A stretch of DNA of 64,000 nucleotides. It comes from Mobula hypostoma. Lineage: Eukaryota. The notes beneath the pieces are model-generated. The model made no database searches. It was not told where the DNA came from and worked only from the letters and a program-made list of their open reading frames with translations. This document shows, piece after piece, positions 25,980-39,237 of the stretch; positions within the stretch are counted from its first letter, which is position 1; each line of letters opens with the position of its first letter. Position numbers and translations under genes: made by a program. Where the stretch lies: NCBI RefSeq assembly GCF_963921235.1, contig NC_086108.1, positions 23,684,001 through 23,748,000 of the forward strand, in the 5' to 3' direction.

Positions 25980-27545
25980 GGCCACACAATGCTTCAAATT
26001 TGGCCTCACCAATATGCCAAAAACTCTCTTTATGACCCTATCTACCTGTGAAACCATTTTTAAGTATTCCCAGATCCCTCTGTGCTACTGCGCTTTTCAG
26101 TGCCTTACCACTCACTGTGTACGTCCTACTCTGGCTTGTCCTCCCAAAGTGCAATAATCTCACACTTGCCTGCATTAATTTCCGTCTGCCATATCTCAGT
26201 CCATTTTTCCAGCTGGTCAAGATCCTGTTGCAAGTTTTGATAGCCTTCCTCACTGGCCAATATGCTCCCATTCTTGGTGTCATCCACAAAGTTACTGATC
26301 CAGTTTACCACTCTAACATCCAGATCAAAGCTTGAAGTACGTTTATTATCAGCTTATATATACGCATCCTTGAGATTCATCTGCTTAAAGGTAGCCACAA
26401 AACAAAGAAACCCAGCAGAACCCATTTAAAAAAAAGACTGTCAGACAATGTGCAGGAAAAAACAAATCAAGCAGATAAAATTCAGAACTGCAAAAGGATT
26501 GAATGCTTTCCTGTCAGATAATTCGAATGAACTCTTCTTGGCCTTCCATCCGGGTACAGGCATCAATTATAAACCCAGGAGAAGATGGCAGAGCTTGTCA
26601 TTATCGGTTATAATTGATACTTGTACCCAGCTGGAAGCCCTAGAAGACCTTATTCATTCAGAAATGAAGTTCACAAAAGTGAGTCCACAGCCACAAAGTC
26701 AGTTATCACTGCAGCCGATTCGGAACCCATTAGTTGCAGGCCACAGCCTCAGTTCAGCACAGAGTTGAAGTGGAGTGGAGCTGCAAGCTGAACCGGCCTG
26801 AGCCTTGTCTCTTACCTGGACTCAGCTTGGTTCTGCCGCATTGAACTGCCTCCAAGTTCACTCCAGCAATGGCTAAACATTGACTCGTTCCCAGCTCTCG
26901 AGTCAGGGGTCTGTCACCTTGATTCAGCCCATACATGCCATGCTGTAACCATCCTGCACCTTTGGGACTTCACATCGCAAAGGTGCCAGATCATATAAAT
27001 GGTGCAACAGCTCAACTCCAAAACGTAAGTTAATATAGATGAGAAACAATGGACCCAGCACTGAACCCTGTGGCACACCACTAGTCACAGGCCTCCATTC
27101 ATACTACCACTCTCGGGCTTCTTTGGCAAAGCCAACGTGAAATCCAGTTTACTCCCTCAACCTGACTGCCAAGCAACTGGACCAGTCTCCATGTGGGACT
27201 TTGTCAAAGTCCTTACTAAAGTCTGTGGAGATAACATCCACTATCTTTCCTTCATCACTTTCCAGGTAATCTCCTTAAAAAACATTATAACGTTAGTTAG
27301 ACACAACCTACCACGCACAAAGCCATATTGACTATCACTGCCCTGTCTATCCAGTACCTTAAAATACCTTTCAGCAATTTACCCTCTGCTGGCATCTGAT
27401 TCATTGGCCTATAATTTCCCGGTTTAGTCTTAGAGCCTTTGTGGAACAATGAAACAGCATTTGCTATCCTCAATCCTCCGGCATCTCATCCATGGCTAAG
27501 GATATTTTAATAGAAACTTCTGCAATTTCTGATCTCACCACCTAC
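25980..27545 (-). mobile_element. CR1 RT fragment split by a retroposon (parts about 25980-26325 and 27030-27545)
   Basis: WISNFVDDTK...LQQDLDQLEKW (26126-26311). The sequence continues at 27030 with the antisense of VTSGVPQGSVLGP. Confidence 0.8.
26326..27029 (-). mobile_element. Non-autonomous retroposon with Rex1-like tail
   Basis: The minus-strand end gataataaacgtacttcaagctttga resembles the tails at 28630-28657 and 62845-62872. It interrupts otherwise contiguous CR1 sequence. Confidence 0.5.
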
Positions 27546-28039
27546 ATCAATCTGGCAGCATAACACCAACCCTGAAAGAGTGGTAACTGAAATCGCAGAG
27601 GAAAATGAACAACAGGATTTAGAAGAGGATGTGGTCAAACACCTGGAGCAACATGATGTCACTTCAATGATGGATTTGTATTATTTCTCTACATTATTGT
27701 AGATTGTCCATTAAGGATAATAGGTCATGTAGACGTAGATCCAAATAAGGCCATGTTTTTGTGGCAGCTTGGGGATTTGGCAGAGATTTTCAACGTAAGC
27801 CAATGTAGTCTATTTAACCAGAAACCCAGGAGCCAGATCTCCCCAGGACAGAGATCCATCCAGTGGGCTAGGAGGTGGATATGCTTGGGAGAAGCAGATA
27901 CATTCAGGAGTTCTACGGTAGTTGTGATACAAACATGTGCCAACCTTCAAACTGTCTTCAATTGTAAACTACAAACAGTCGTTGGTTTTGGAATTGCAAG
28001 GACTGCAGCATAAACACAGGGCTGTCTGAGAGAACAGGC

Positions 28040-28657
28040 TTCTACTTCAGGAGTCTGCGGAGATTCGACATGTTATCAAAAACCTTGGCAAACTTCTATA
28101 GGGGTGTGAATGACTGGCTGCATAATGGCCTGGCATGGGAACACCAAAGTCTACAAAAGGTAGTGGATTCAGCCCAGTACATCACGGGTAAAACCCTTTC
28201 CACCATTGAGCACATCTACATGAAACATTGTCATAGAAAAGCAGCATCCCTCATCAAAGATCAGATCCTCACCAGCCAGACCATGCTCTTTTCTCCCTGC
28301 TGCCATCAGATGGAAGGTACAGGTGCCTCAGGACTTGCATCACCATGTTGCTTCCCCTCAACCATCAGGCTCTTGAACAAAACAGGATAACTACATTCAT
28401 CTACTGAGATATTCCCACAGCCAATGATCTCACTTCAAGGACTTTTTATCGTGTTATCTCATGCTCTCGTTATTTTTTTGTTATTTATTTATATTTGCAC
28501 TTGCACAGTGTGTTGTTTTCTACTCTCTTGCTCTTTCATCGATCCTGTCTACGTTATCATCCTACCGGGTTGCTGAGTATGCCAGCAGGAAAAAGAATCT
28601 CTGGGTTGCATGTGGTGACATGTATGTGCTCTGACAATAAATTTTACTTTGAACCTT
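28040..28657 (+). mobile_element. Rex1/Babar-type LINE 3' fragment
   Basis: KTLANFYR...LQKVVDSAQYITG...KAASLIKD; AATAAA followed by an actttgaacctt tail. Confidence 0.85.
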
Positions 28658-29453
28658 GGGATAGTTGAATATTTTAGAATTAGTTTAATCAGTGATTTTA
28701 TGGAACCGGTTGAGTTGACTTTGCAAATGTAACTTATAAATTGTATTTATCTTTGTACATAAAGGGTGGAAAAAATGTCAGGGTACCTCCACCAGTTCTT
28801 CCTCTTCATGTTTGCTTGTGCTGAATAAAGATTGGTTACATTTGCAGCTCCAGTCTCCATGCAGCTTATCCAAAGCTACATTCTCAGGATTATCACACTC
28901 ACCTGCACACCAGGCAAGCTACAGGAGCCAATTAACCGCCTGCTGCAGGCTCCGTAGCTTATTCCCCAAATAGAGATGTGGAACTCAGCTTGGAAAAAGC
29001 CTAGATATGGGCTTTTTCACCTGAAGATCGCAGCAGAGGATTTGCTACACCATGTCTCAGCATTTTGATGTTTTCTTTTCTAGGATTATAAGATTAAATA
29101 TTGACGACAAGGTGCATAAAGTTATTGGCCTCGCTTTGAAGAGGTTATCTGATCAAGCGCTTTATAATGTTAGAAACATCTGATATGCTGGGTACAAAGA
29201 AAATTTCCTCTGATGGTGTGATCAAAAACAAGTGGATGCAATCTGAAAGTTAGAGCCAGACTGTTCAGAAAGAAAATCAGAAGCGTGTTTTCACATAAAG
29301 GAGAAAGGAATTCTGCTGGCACTTTCTTAAACAGTTTGATGTAATGAAGTACAGCATGATATAGTGCAATTATAGAGAAATATAACAGGATATAGAGCAA
29401 AAGAATGTGGCTTTGAATGAGCCACATAGAGACAGGAGCTGCAGATGTAATGT

Positions 29454-30092
29454 TGAACATAGAAAAGTACAGCACAGTACAGGCCCTTCGGCCCACATTG
29501 TTGTGCTGACCCTCAAACCCTGTCTCCCATATAACCCCCCACCTTAAATTCCTCCATATACCTGTCTAGTTGTCTCTTAAATTTCACTAGTGTATCTGCC
29601 TCCACCACTGACTCAGGCAGTGCATTCCACACACCAACCACTTTCTGAGTGAAAAACCTTCTTCTAACATCCCTCTTGAACTTCCCACCCCTTACCTTAA
29701 AGCCATGTCCTCTTGTATTGAGCAGTGGTGCCCTGGGGAAGAGGCGCTGGCTATCCACTCTATCTATTCCTCTTAATATCTTGTATACCTCTATCATGTC
29801 TCCTCTCATCCTCCTTCTCTCCAAAGAGTAAAGCCCTAGCTCCCTTAATCTCTGATCATAATGCATACTTTCTAAACCAGGCAGCATCCTGGTAAATCTC
29901 CTCTGTACCCTTTCCAATGCTTCCACATCCTTCCTATAGTGAGGTGACCAGAACTGGACACAGTACTCCAAGTGTGGCCTAACCAGAGTTTTATAGAGCT
30001 GCATCATTACCTTGGGACTCTCAAACTCTATCCCTCAACTTATGAAAGCTAACACCCCATAAGCTTTCTTAACAACCCTATCCACCTGTGAG
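29454..30092 (-). mobile_element. Young CR1 3' fragment
   Basis: Open 164-aa ORF (LYKTLVRPHLEYCVQFWSPH...RRFTRMLPG...TRGHGFKV); very similar to the copy at 58008-59929. Confidence 0.95.
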
Positions 30093-30749
30093 AGAAACGT
30101 CAACCATAATCAAATAGGATACACATGTTCCCATCTAAGCTTCGGCATAAAGGACAAGGTAGAGGAGTCTGTGAGTTCAGGGCAAAAATTAAAATCTATT
30201 TCGAAGTGGCTTCAGGACTTTTTATTGATGACGCAGCAACTACTTGTAGATGCTCTAGGTTTTGTGTCTCTCATTCACAATGCTCCGTTATTATAGCTAA
30301 CATCTCAAGAAAGGTTACAGAAGTGGCATCACACAGAGCAACAGCACAGGCAAGCACGAGTCTGGTCAAAGCAATGACTATAAAGAAGCAGCTGAATGGA
30401 AGGTTGCAGATTTAAGGAAGATTGGATAGATTGTGAGGGTGTAGGCGAGGATAAGATGTGTCAAGTCAATGCTTCTTCACCGAAGTAACTTTTGGAGCGC
30501 AGGGTGAGGGGCAATCAGCATTGTTTTCAATGTCAGTGTGTCTGCATTAGGTGATAGGTGAAGAAGGATGAGGTGTGAGTTAGGACATGAGTTCTGGATA
30601 ACAATATGCTGGGATGTTAATGTGAGCATCTGAGTTGCCAAGTGCAAAAGGTAACAAGGATAGGAAGAATGGTTACAAGCAGCAGCTGATAATACTGGAG
30701 CATGGACGAAGCATTTACGACCACATCTAACCGGTTTGTCCAACCAAGA

Positions 30750-31110
30750 CCACTCAGCTCTGGACTTCAATCCATCCAATCATGGAGCAGGAGATGAGTT
30801 CCAAGTGAGGAGCTCCTCTTTCGTGTCATGGCAGCATTTTACTGAGTGTGACATTCAAGTCAGCAGGCATGAAAGAGAAACACTTCTGTGGGTGCGGTCA
30901 CACCCCAGCTCGGTAAAGGCTGTCCCTCAGTCACCTTCACTGTAGCGAAGCACAGGAGCTGGTCAGAGTCATGCCTGACTCCCCCAACATCTCTCAGCGG
31001 AAAACAGCTTGCTGCTCATTCACTTGACTCACACAGCAAGACTGAAGATTCAGGGGACTCACTAGCCTTGAGTCCCGCAATTATCTGCATGCAATCTCTC
31101 TGCACAGGCT
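30750..31110 (+). mobile_element. Ancient LINE RT remnant
   Basis: Degenerate AFDxVW-like cagcattttactgagtgtgaca and a VPQ-like gtccctcag; similar to 11955-13030. Confidence 0.35.
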
Positions 31111-31129
31111 TCAAAGCATCCAGATTGAA

Positions 31130-34100
31130 AATCTGGCTGAGTGCTGTCAAAACAACACCTCTTACTCAAACTCAACAAGACCAAGGAGCTAAACATTGAA
31201 TTTAGGAGAAGGAAACCAGAGATTCATGAGCCAGTCCTCATCGGAGGATTCAGAGCTGCAAAGGGTCAGCACCTTCAAATTCCTCAGTGTTATTATGTTG
31301 GAGGAAGTGTCCTGGGCCCAGTACATATATGCACAAAGAACAACAGCACCTTTACTCACTCGTTGTTGAGCCCACTAGGGGATCAGCTGTGCTGAATTGG
31401 GTGTTGTGTAATGAGCCAGAGGTGATAAGAGAGCTTAAGGTTAAGGAACACTAAGGAAACAGTAATCACAATATGATCAAGTTCTCTTTGAAATTTGAGA
31501 AGGAGAAACTAAAATCTAATGTGTCGGTATTTCAGTGGAATAAACAAAATTACAATGGCATGAGAGGGGAACTGGCCGAAGTTGACTGGAAAGGGACACT
31601 AGCAGGAAGGACAGCAGAGAAGCAATGGCTGGAGTTTCTGTGAGAAATGAAGTGCAAGACAGATATATTCCAAATAAGAAGAAATTTTCGAATGGAAGAA
31701 AGACACTACCATGGCTGATAAGTGAAGTCAGAGTCAAAGTAAAAGCAAAAGAGAGGGCATACAAGGAAGCCAAAGCTAGTGGGAAAATAGAGGATTGGGA
31801 AGCTTTTAAAAACTTGCAGAAGGAAATTGAGAAGGTCATTAGGAAAGAAAAGATGAATTATGAAAGGAAGCTGGTGACTAATATCAAAGAAGATAACAAA
31901 AGCTTTTTTAATTATATAAAGGGCAAAAGAGAGTTGAGGGTAGATATAGGACCAACAGAAAATTATGCTGGAGATATTGTAATGAGAGACTCAGAGATGG
32001 CGGAGGAACTGAATGCATATTTTGCATCAGTCTTCACGGGAGAAGACATCTGCAGTATACCAGACATTCAAGAGTGTCAGGGGAGTGAAGTATGTGCAGT
32101 GAAAATTACAACTGAGAAGGTGTTCAGGAAGTTTAATGGTCTGAGGGTGGATAAATCTCCTGGACCTGATGGAACGCACCCTTGGGTTCTGAAGGAAGTA
32201 GCTGGAGAGATTGTGGAGGTATTAACAATGATCTTTCAAGAATTGATAGATTCTGGCGTTGTACCAGATGACTGAAAACTTGAAAATGTTACTCTGCTAT
32301 TGAAGGGTAGGAGGCAGCAGAAAGGAAACTATAGACCTGTTAGCCTGATATCAGTGGTTGGGCAATTGTTTGAGTCGATTGTTAGGGATGAGATTATGGA
32401 GTACCTGGAGGCACATGACAAGATAAGCCAAAGACAGCATGATTTCCTGAAAGGAAAATCCTGCCTGACCACCCTACTGCAATTTTTTGAGGAAATTACA
32501 AGCAGGGTAGACAAAGGAGATGCGGTAGATGTGGTTACTTGGATTTTCAGAAGGCCTTTAATAAGGTGCTGCATGTGAGGCTGCTTAGCAAGATAAGAGC
32601 CCATGGCTAACAGGGAAGTTACTTGCATGGGTGGAGCATTGGCTGATTGGCAGATTCTAGCTGGCTGCTGGTTACCAGTGGAGTTCTGCAGGGGTTGGTG
32701 TTGGACTGCTGCTTTTTACGATATATGTCAATGATGTGGACCATGGGATTAATAGATTTGTGGCTAAATTTGCCGATGATGCAAAGATAGATGGCGGGTA
32801 GTGTTGAGGAAACAGAGAGCATGCAGAGAGTCTCAGATAGTTTAGGAGAATAGGCAAAGAAGTGGCAAATAAAATACAATGTTGGAAAGTGTATGGTCAT
32901 GCACTTTGGTGGAAGAAATAAATGGGCAGACTATTATTTAGATGGGGAGAGAATTCAAAATGCAGAGATGCAAAGGGATTTGGAAGTCCTTATGTAGGAT
33001 ACCCTAAAGGTTAACCTCCAGGTTGAGTCAGTGGTGAAGAAGGGGAATGCAATGTTGGCATTAATTTCTAAAGGTATAGAATATAAGAGCAGGGATGTGA
33101 TGTTGAGGCTCTATAAGGCACTCGTGAGACCACACTTGGAGTATTGTGGCAGTTTTGGGATCCTTATTTTAGAAAGGATATACTGACATTGGAGAGGGTT
33201 CAGAGAAGATTCACAAGAATGATTCCAGGAATGGAAGAGTTACTGTATGAGGAACATCTGGCAGTTCTTTGGCTGTATTCCTTGGAGTTCAGGAGAATGG
33301 GGGGGGGGGATCTCATAGAAACATTCCGAATGTTAAAAAGCCTGAACAGATTAGATATGGCAAAGTTATTTCCCATGGTAGGGGAGTCTAGGACAAAAGG
33401 GCACAATTTCAGGATTGATGGACGTCCATTTAGAACAGAGTTGCAGAGAAATTACTTTAGTCAGAGGGTGGTAAATCTGTGGAATTTGTTGCCATGAGAG
33501 GCTGTGGAGGTCAAGTCTTTGGGTGTATTTAAGGCAGAGGTAGTTAGGTTCTTGATTAGCTAGGGCATCAAAGGATATGGGGAGAAGGCAGGGGAGTGGG
33601 GATGACTGGAAGAATTGGATCAGTCCACGATTGAATGGTGGAGCAGACTCAATGGGCCGAATGGCCCTACTTCTGCTCCTGTATCTTATGGTCTTATAGT
33701 CTTACTTCCTTAAGAGTTTGCGAAGATTCAGCATGACATATAAAACTTTGACCAATTTCTATAGATGTGTAATGGAGAGTGTATTAACTGGCTGCATCAT
33801 GGCCTGGTATGGAAACACCAATCCCCTTGAATGGAAAATCCCACAAAAAGTACTAGATACAGCCCAGTTCATCATGGGTAAAGCCCTCCCCAACATTCAG
33901 CACATCTACATGAAATACTGTTGGAGGAAAGCAGCATCCATCACCGGGGACACCTTCACCACCCCTATCCAGGACTCTTCTCACTGCTGCCATCAGGAAT
34001 AAGTTACAGGAGCCTCAGGACTCACAACCACCAGGATCAGGAACAGTTATTACTCGTCAACCATCAGACTCTTGAACCAAAGGGGATAATTTCACTCAAT

Positions 34101-34368
34101 TTCACGGCCCTATCATTGAAATGATCCCACAACCAACTGACTCACTTTTAAAGACCCTTCATCTCATGTTCTTGATATTTATTGCTTATTTATTATTATT
34201 TAATTTATTTCCTTTTTGTATTTGTACAGTTTGTTGACTTTTGCACACTGGTTGAATGTCCAAGTTGATTCTGTGATTGTTATTATTCTGTAGAGTTATT
34301 AAAGTATGCCTAAGAAAATGAATCTTGGGGTAAATTTATTCAATAATAAATTTACGCTGAACTTTGAG
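31130..34368 (+). mobile_element. Rex1/Babar-type LINE 3' part split by a CR1 (parts 31130-31356 and 33702-34368)
   Basis: LNKTKELNIEFRRRKP precedes the insertion. Removing the insert restores cagcacctttacttccttaagagtttg (QHLYFLKSL), followed by KTLTNFYRCVMESVLTGC. The tail is aataaatttacgctgaactttga. Confidence 0.88.
31357..33701 (+). mobile_element. CR1-clade LINE, 5'-truncated
   Basis: ORFs 31625-32275, 32300-32578 and 33144-33497 carry CR1 tether and RT motifs; (cttatggt) tail; TSD ttact at 31352-31356 and 33702-33706. Confidence 0.93.
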
Positions 34369-36149
34369 ATCACTCAGCTGCAGCTGGCTGTTGTCACAGC
34401 AGGGTTGGGTGTGATTTGGGGAAGTGAAAACAGAAGGAGAGGAGTCTTTCACATCTGGGACTCTTCCTAAAACTACATGGTCTGATTCAAACCATTTGGT
34501 ACTGTCTGGAAAGGAATGCCCAGCTTGATTGCTGTATTGCTACTAATTAGGCCAGGAACTTGCAGCAATACCTCTGTTTCTTAACTTGTTTTTACTTATC
34601 ACTTTCCTTCCCCTTTGCCTGACTCTCTTCCCTGCCAGGAGGCAATACTCTCTGTATCAGCCATTCAGGGTTTCACCTGGGTGCCCATTGATGATTCATT
34701 GAGCATTGAGTGCTTTGTATTATCAGGAATTCGTAATTGCATAGTACAAATTTTTTTCACCTGGAAATAGGACAAAGAAAATTCCTATGACTCTATGACC
34801 CTATGAGTCTATGAGTCTAAAGAATTTTCCTAACTCTCAGTTGCTGCATTGGCTCGTTAGGGATGAGGGAGGTGATGGAAAATTAAGCTGGTGATAAATG
34901 TGGCGGACAAAAAGATAAACCCCCACTGGCTGTGAGCACTCAGAACAAGCATGCTCTACTGATCCAGCATGACGCAAGGTAGTGAGGGGCAAACCAACAC
35001 CGCCTGACTGTCTCCTCAGTACAAGAACAAACACACAACTGTTGTCCTTCATGAACAGTCCAGAGTGGACTGCAGCAAATAAAGCCATTTCTTGAAGTAG
35101 AGTCATTTTTGTAAACTGGGAAATGTGTCCAGAGAATGGTGTCTTAAACAGCAGAGTAAGGGTGATCAGATAACCTATTTTTTTTCTCTTGGTATTGTTA
35201 AGGGAAAGGATAAACACAGACTCCATTCTCAGTTTCTTGTTTCTCAGCTGAAACAATGGAGCTTCAAGTCAATGAATCACATTGCATACATCACCCTGAA
35301 TGCACGAGCCACAACATGTGCAGCCCAATTAATTATTTAAAAAGCTGTACAGCTCATTTTGATTGCAATGACTCATGTTTTAATTGGAGAAAAATGAAGG
35401 TCAAATTCTTCGCTTGGTAAATGCTAAAGTGGTAGATATTATAAATGTGAGTTGAATGTGATTGAATTCCAAAGGAGCTTTGGTGCTTTGTAAAGATGAG
35501 TCTGCCATAACAACACATCTAGGAGATATTAATAGCAAAGATGATGTCATATGTCAAAGTATTATAACAGAAAATAGAGCTTTCCTGTGATGTTGGACAG
35601 GATCCCTATATCAAAATCAAATCAAGTTTGATTGTCATTCAAACCATACATGAGTATAGCTGAATGAGATAGTGTTCCTCCGGGGACAAGGTGTAAAAAC
35701 ATACACCTGCATTCAAAATAATGAGAAAGAAAAAAAGAACATAGTCACATATGAAAAAAAATTTTTAGACCAAGTTCCTGAGCAACAGTCCTGCAAATTG
35801 ATGTTTCCTGACAGTCAAGCCTGTAATTCTACTGATCTACCAGTGGAGGGCAGCAAAGCCAGGGGAGGCCACTCCCAATCAAGCTCAGATGCCATTCAAC
35901 AACACTAGCCTGAGGACTAAGATCTAGTCTTAACTAGTACCTCGCCGCCAGTCTCACCATGAAACAAGGTAATCAGGCCTGTGGAAATCAATGTCCAATG
36001 GGGTCTCATGATTGCAAAAGAAATATCCAAGACAGTCACTCTCAGTTTCAGTGTATGCCGCCATTTGATTTGAGTTGATTGATATACCCAATGGCTTGGC
36101 CTCCATAGTCACCCGAGTCAATTTATTCCACAGATTCATCACTCTTTGA

Positions 36150-36941
36150 TGCTGGTGTGTGAGATAATTTTGTGTTTACAGCCAACACAATTTAAGAATA
36201 TGTTTGGGGGCACCCTGCAAATGTCATCACACATTCCGATGCCAACAAAGCATGTTCACCATGTTTGCAGCAATAAAAACAACAGAACAACAGAAACAAA
36301 ACGACCACAGCCCCTTGCCTCCCACCCATGCATTCATCCACACAATCCTCTAACTCCTGGACAGGCCATCTCTGGGCTTCCAGTGGATTTAGGCTTACAG
36401 ACATTGGACCTTCAATTTCCCCAGCTGACTTGCAGAAACTCGCAGAACTAGCCTTCGGCCATTGGACCTTGACTTCTAGACTTCTGATCGAGCCTTGGGC
36501 TTCACACTTCAGTATTGATCCCAGAACTCATCAACGATGACGAATGAGGATTCTGAACTCCAGGCTCACTGATGACAGGAAACAAACACTAGGCTTTGAA
36601 CTCTGGTCTCACGACTCACATTCCTAGAGGGTCCTTGGCCCTTGCGCCTTCTGTCTGCAAGGAATTCCAATGCCAGAACATGCTGACAACTCACTGACCT
36701 GGGGGGCCACCAGCCCTTGTTCTCGTGGTCTGCCAGCCCTACATCCTTCTTCACATGTCCCTGTCACTGGTGTTTGAACATGGAAAGCGGAGCAGTGGCC
36801 TAGACTCTAGCCTGACCTCTAATTCCTCCATATCCCTGTCCCTAAACCCTAATCTTAACCCAGCTCCTATCTCTGTCCCAAAAACCATCCCTACAGACCT
36901 AAAAAATAGCTTGTCTGAGACTGCAGCGTGCTGCCACCTTC
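36150..36941 (-). mobile_element. Probable non-autonomous retroposon
   Basis: The minus strand starts gaaggtggcagcacg, an AAGATGGC-like head. Its far end (36190-36260) resembles 21380-21440. No coding homology recognised. Confidence 0.35.
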
Positions 36942-39237
36942 ATTGTTCATTAATGGAATGAATTTAATTATTCACATCAGCCCTGTTGCACCAGAAAGGC
37001 ATCAAATGAACACGATGAGTGAGGGAATCTCAGAACATCAAACTTCAGCAACTTGACTTAACAGAGCTTAGAATAAGCTACCTGAACAGTGAGAGTTACT
37101 TACTTGAATATGCAGAATTCAGAAAACTATTTTCTGGGCATTACTTCTGGCATTTCTGAAGAAAATAAAACCCACAGGGAATTAAAGATCATTTATCTTG
37201 TTAATTTATCAGAAATAAATAACTGAATATTTATTTAGTTTCTTATATAGATGCTGGGTAGTGAGTTGCCTGAAAGCCTCTTCATTTTCCTCAGATAGAT
37301 TTACTGAAGAAGTGATGGTCTGAGCTGAGGTGCACCACAGCTGGAGGTGTCAGAATCCTGCAACAAACTGAACAAGAATTGGCAAACTTATGATGAAATG
37401 GAGAAGGGTAAGAACTAAATACTGCTGAGAAAAAAATAATTTTGCTCAGCTGAACACCGCAGAGATATTTTGGGACCCTGAGATAAAGGTCCTCTTGCCC
37501 TATTCTTCAGCAGGTGCTTAGTATTCCAATCGCAGGTGACAATGACTTGGTTCAATAAAATTTGGTGCATTGTGCGTGGCCAGTTACTCACACAGAATGG
37601 TTTTGTCGACTGGTGAGTTCCCAAACTTAGCTCCACTAGCTGTCAAAGCTATCAAGGAATATTAATGTTTTTAAATGTCTTTGACATTAATACATTTAAA
37701 AAGACTGAGGAACTATCATAGAACAATCATTAAAACAATGGAAGTACTAATGATCATTCAGATACATTAAAAATAGAATGAAATATTTTAACTGGTTGAA
37801 ATGCATATGTAATTGTTCACACATACTCTTCCATGACAAGGTCCCTGCAGTAGGTCCAGGTTTAACTGGGCACAGGCTCAGTTGGGAAATGTGGAAATTC
37901 AGTACGTCCCTCTGTTTTCCAGTCAATTTTGGACTTCGGGACAGAGTTATGGTTAGGTCTATTTATACCAGTGGAAAGGATATGACTTTGAAAAGTTTAC
38001 AGCAGGGGAACAGTTTATTTGCAAGTGGAGTGTACTGATGCTTATAGCGCATGAGCTCTCTCCCCATCCTTCAGGCAACTTGTGTTTCACAAACAACTTA
38101 TCTCTTCCCCTTGAATGTTGTTTACTGGACAGCACTGGAACAACACCCCAGAGTGAGCTGTGTGAGGAGACAAATTAATTATGATTCTAGAAATTATAGT
38201 AACACATGATGTGATGTGCAAAAAATTCGGACTTCCGGTGAGGCACAAGGCAAGATGGCAGCACAGCACTGAGCGCTGACATACAACCCTCCTTTTTCAA
38301 GTTCTTCAGGGCTCATAGACGGTCTTAATACAAGGCTGAGTTGGAAAAAGATCTAACTAAAGACATGGCTTCAAAAAAAGATCGAAATTCAACCAGGAAA
38401 CAAGATACCAGCAGACGACACCAAGCTAGCGACTCATCCGAAGAAATAGCTATGCTAATTAAACAAATAATGGCAACGGAAATGGAAGCGCTGTAATAAA
38501 TGGTAGCCCACAAGTTAAGGGAATTGCTGGAAAAGGCTCTCAACCCCATACAGAAGCATATGGCAGAGAATAGCAACATTCTCTGGTCGTTAAAGGAGCA
38601 AGCGGACATACACGCTAAAAAATTTAACACGGTCTTTAACAAAATAGACAACATTCAGGTTTGCTTACGCAAGAATGAGAGAGTTACTAACTCCTGTCTC
38701 GCAGAGATGTCTAAGATATGGAAAAAGTTGAACGACTTGGAGGACAGATCCAGGAGAAACAATGTGCGGCTGGTCAACTTACCGACAGGCACTGAGGGTG
38801 ACGATCCAAGAAATTACCTCCAGGAGATGCTGCCTAATTGGATTCCAGCACTCAAGAATTCCCACAGTACTCCATTGGAGATCGATAGAGCACATAGGAT
38901 CTTTTCCAACAACACCTCAAGACCGTGGACCATGATTTTTAAGCTTCTACGGTACACCGACCGGCAGGCTATCCTGGAGGGTGCGAGGAAAGCCAAACCT
39001 ACTCTCCCTGATGGTACCCAGCTGCAGTTCTTCGCCGACTACAGCCTCGGCACGATGCAGGGACTGCAGGGATACAAGGAGGTCCGCGCTAAACTTCGAC
39101 AGAAGAGAATCGACTTGTTCCTCATATACCCAGTGATTTTGAAAGTGAATATCAAGGGCATGAAGATGTCGTTTAACTCGGCAGAGGAAGCGAAAGCAGC
39201 TCTGAAATAATCGGTGCTGGGAGATATAGAAGAAGAC

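Noticed and set aside
27728..28880. Possible solo LTR (tgtag...ctaca) interrupted by Rex1
   Set aside because: It has inverted termini and an AATAAA, but the flanks ggtca and ttctc give no TSD.
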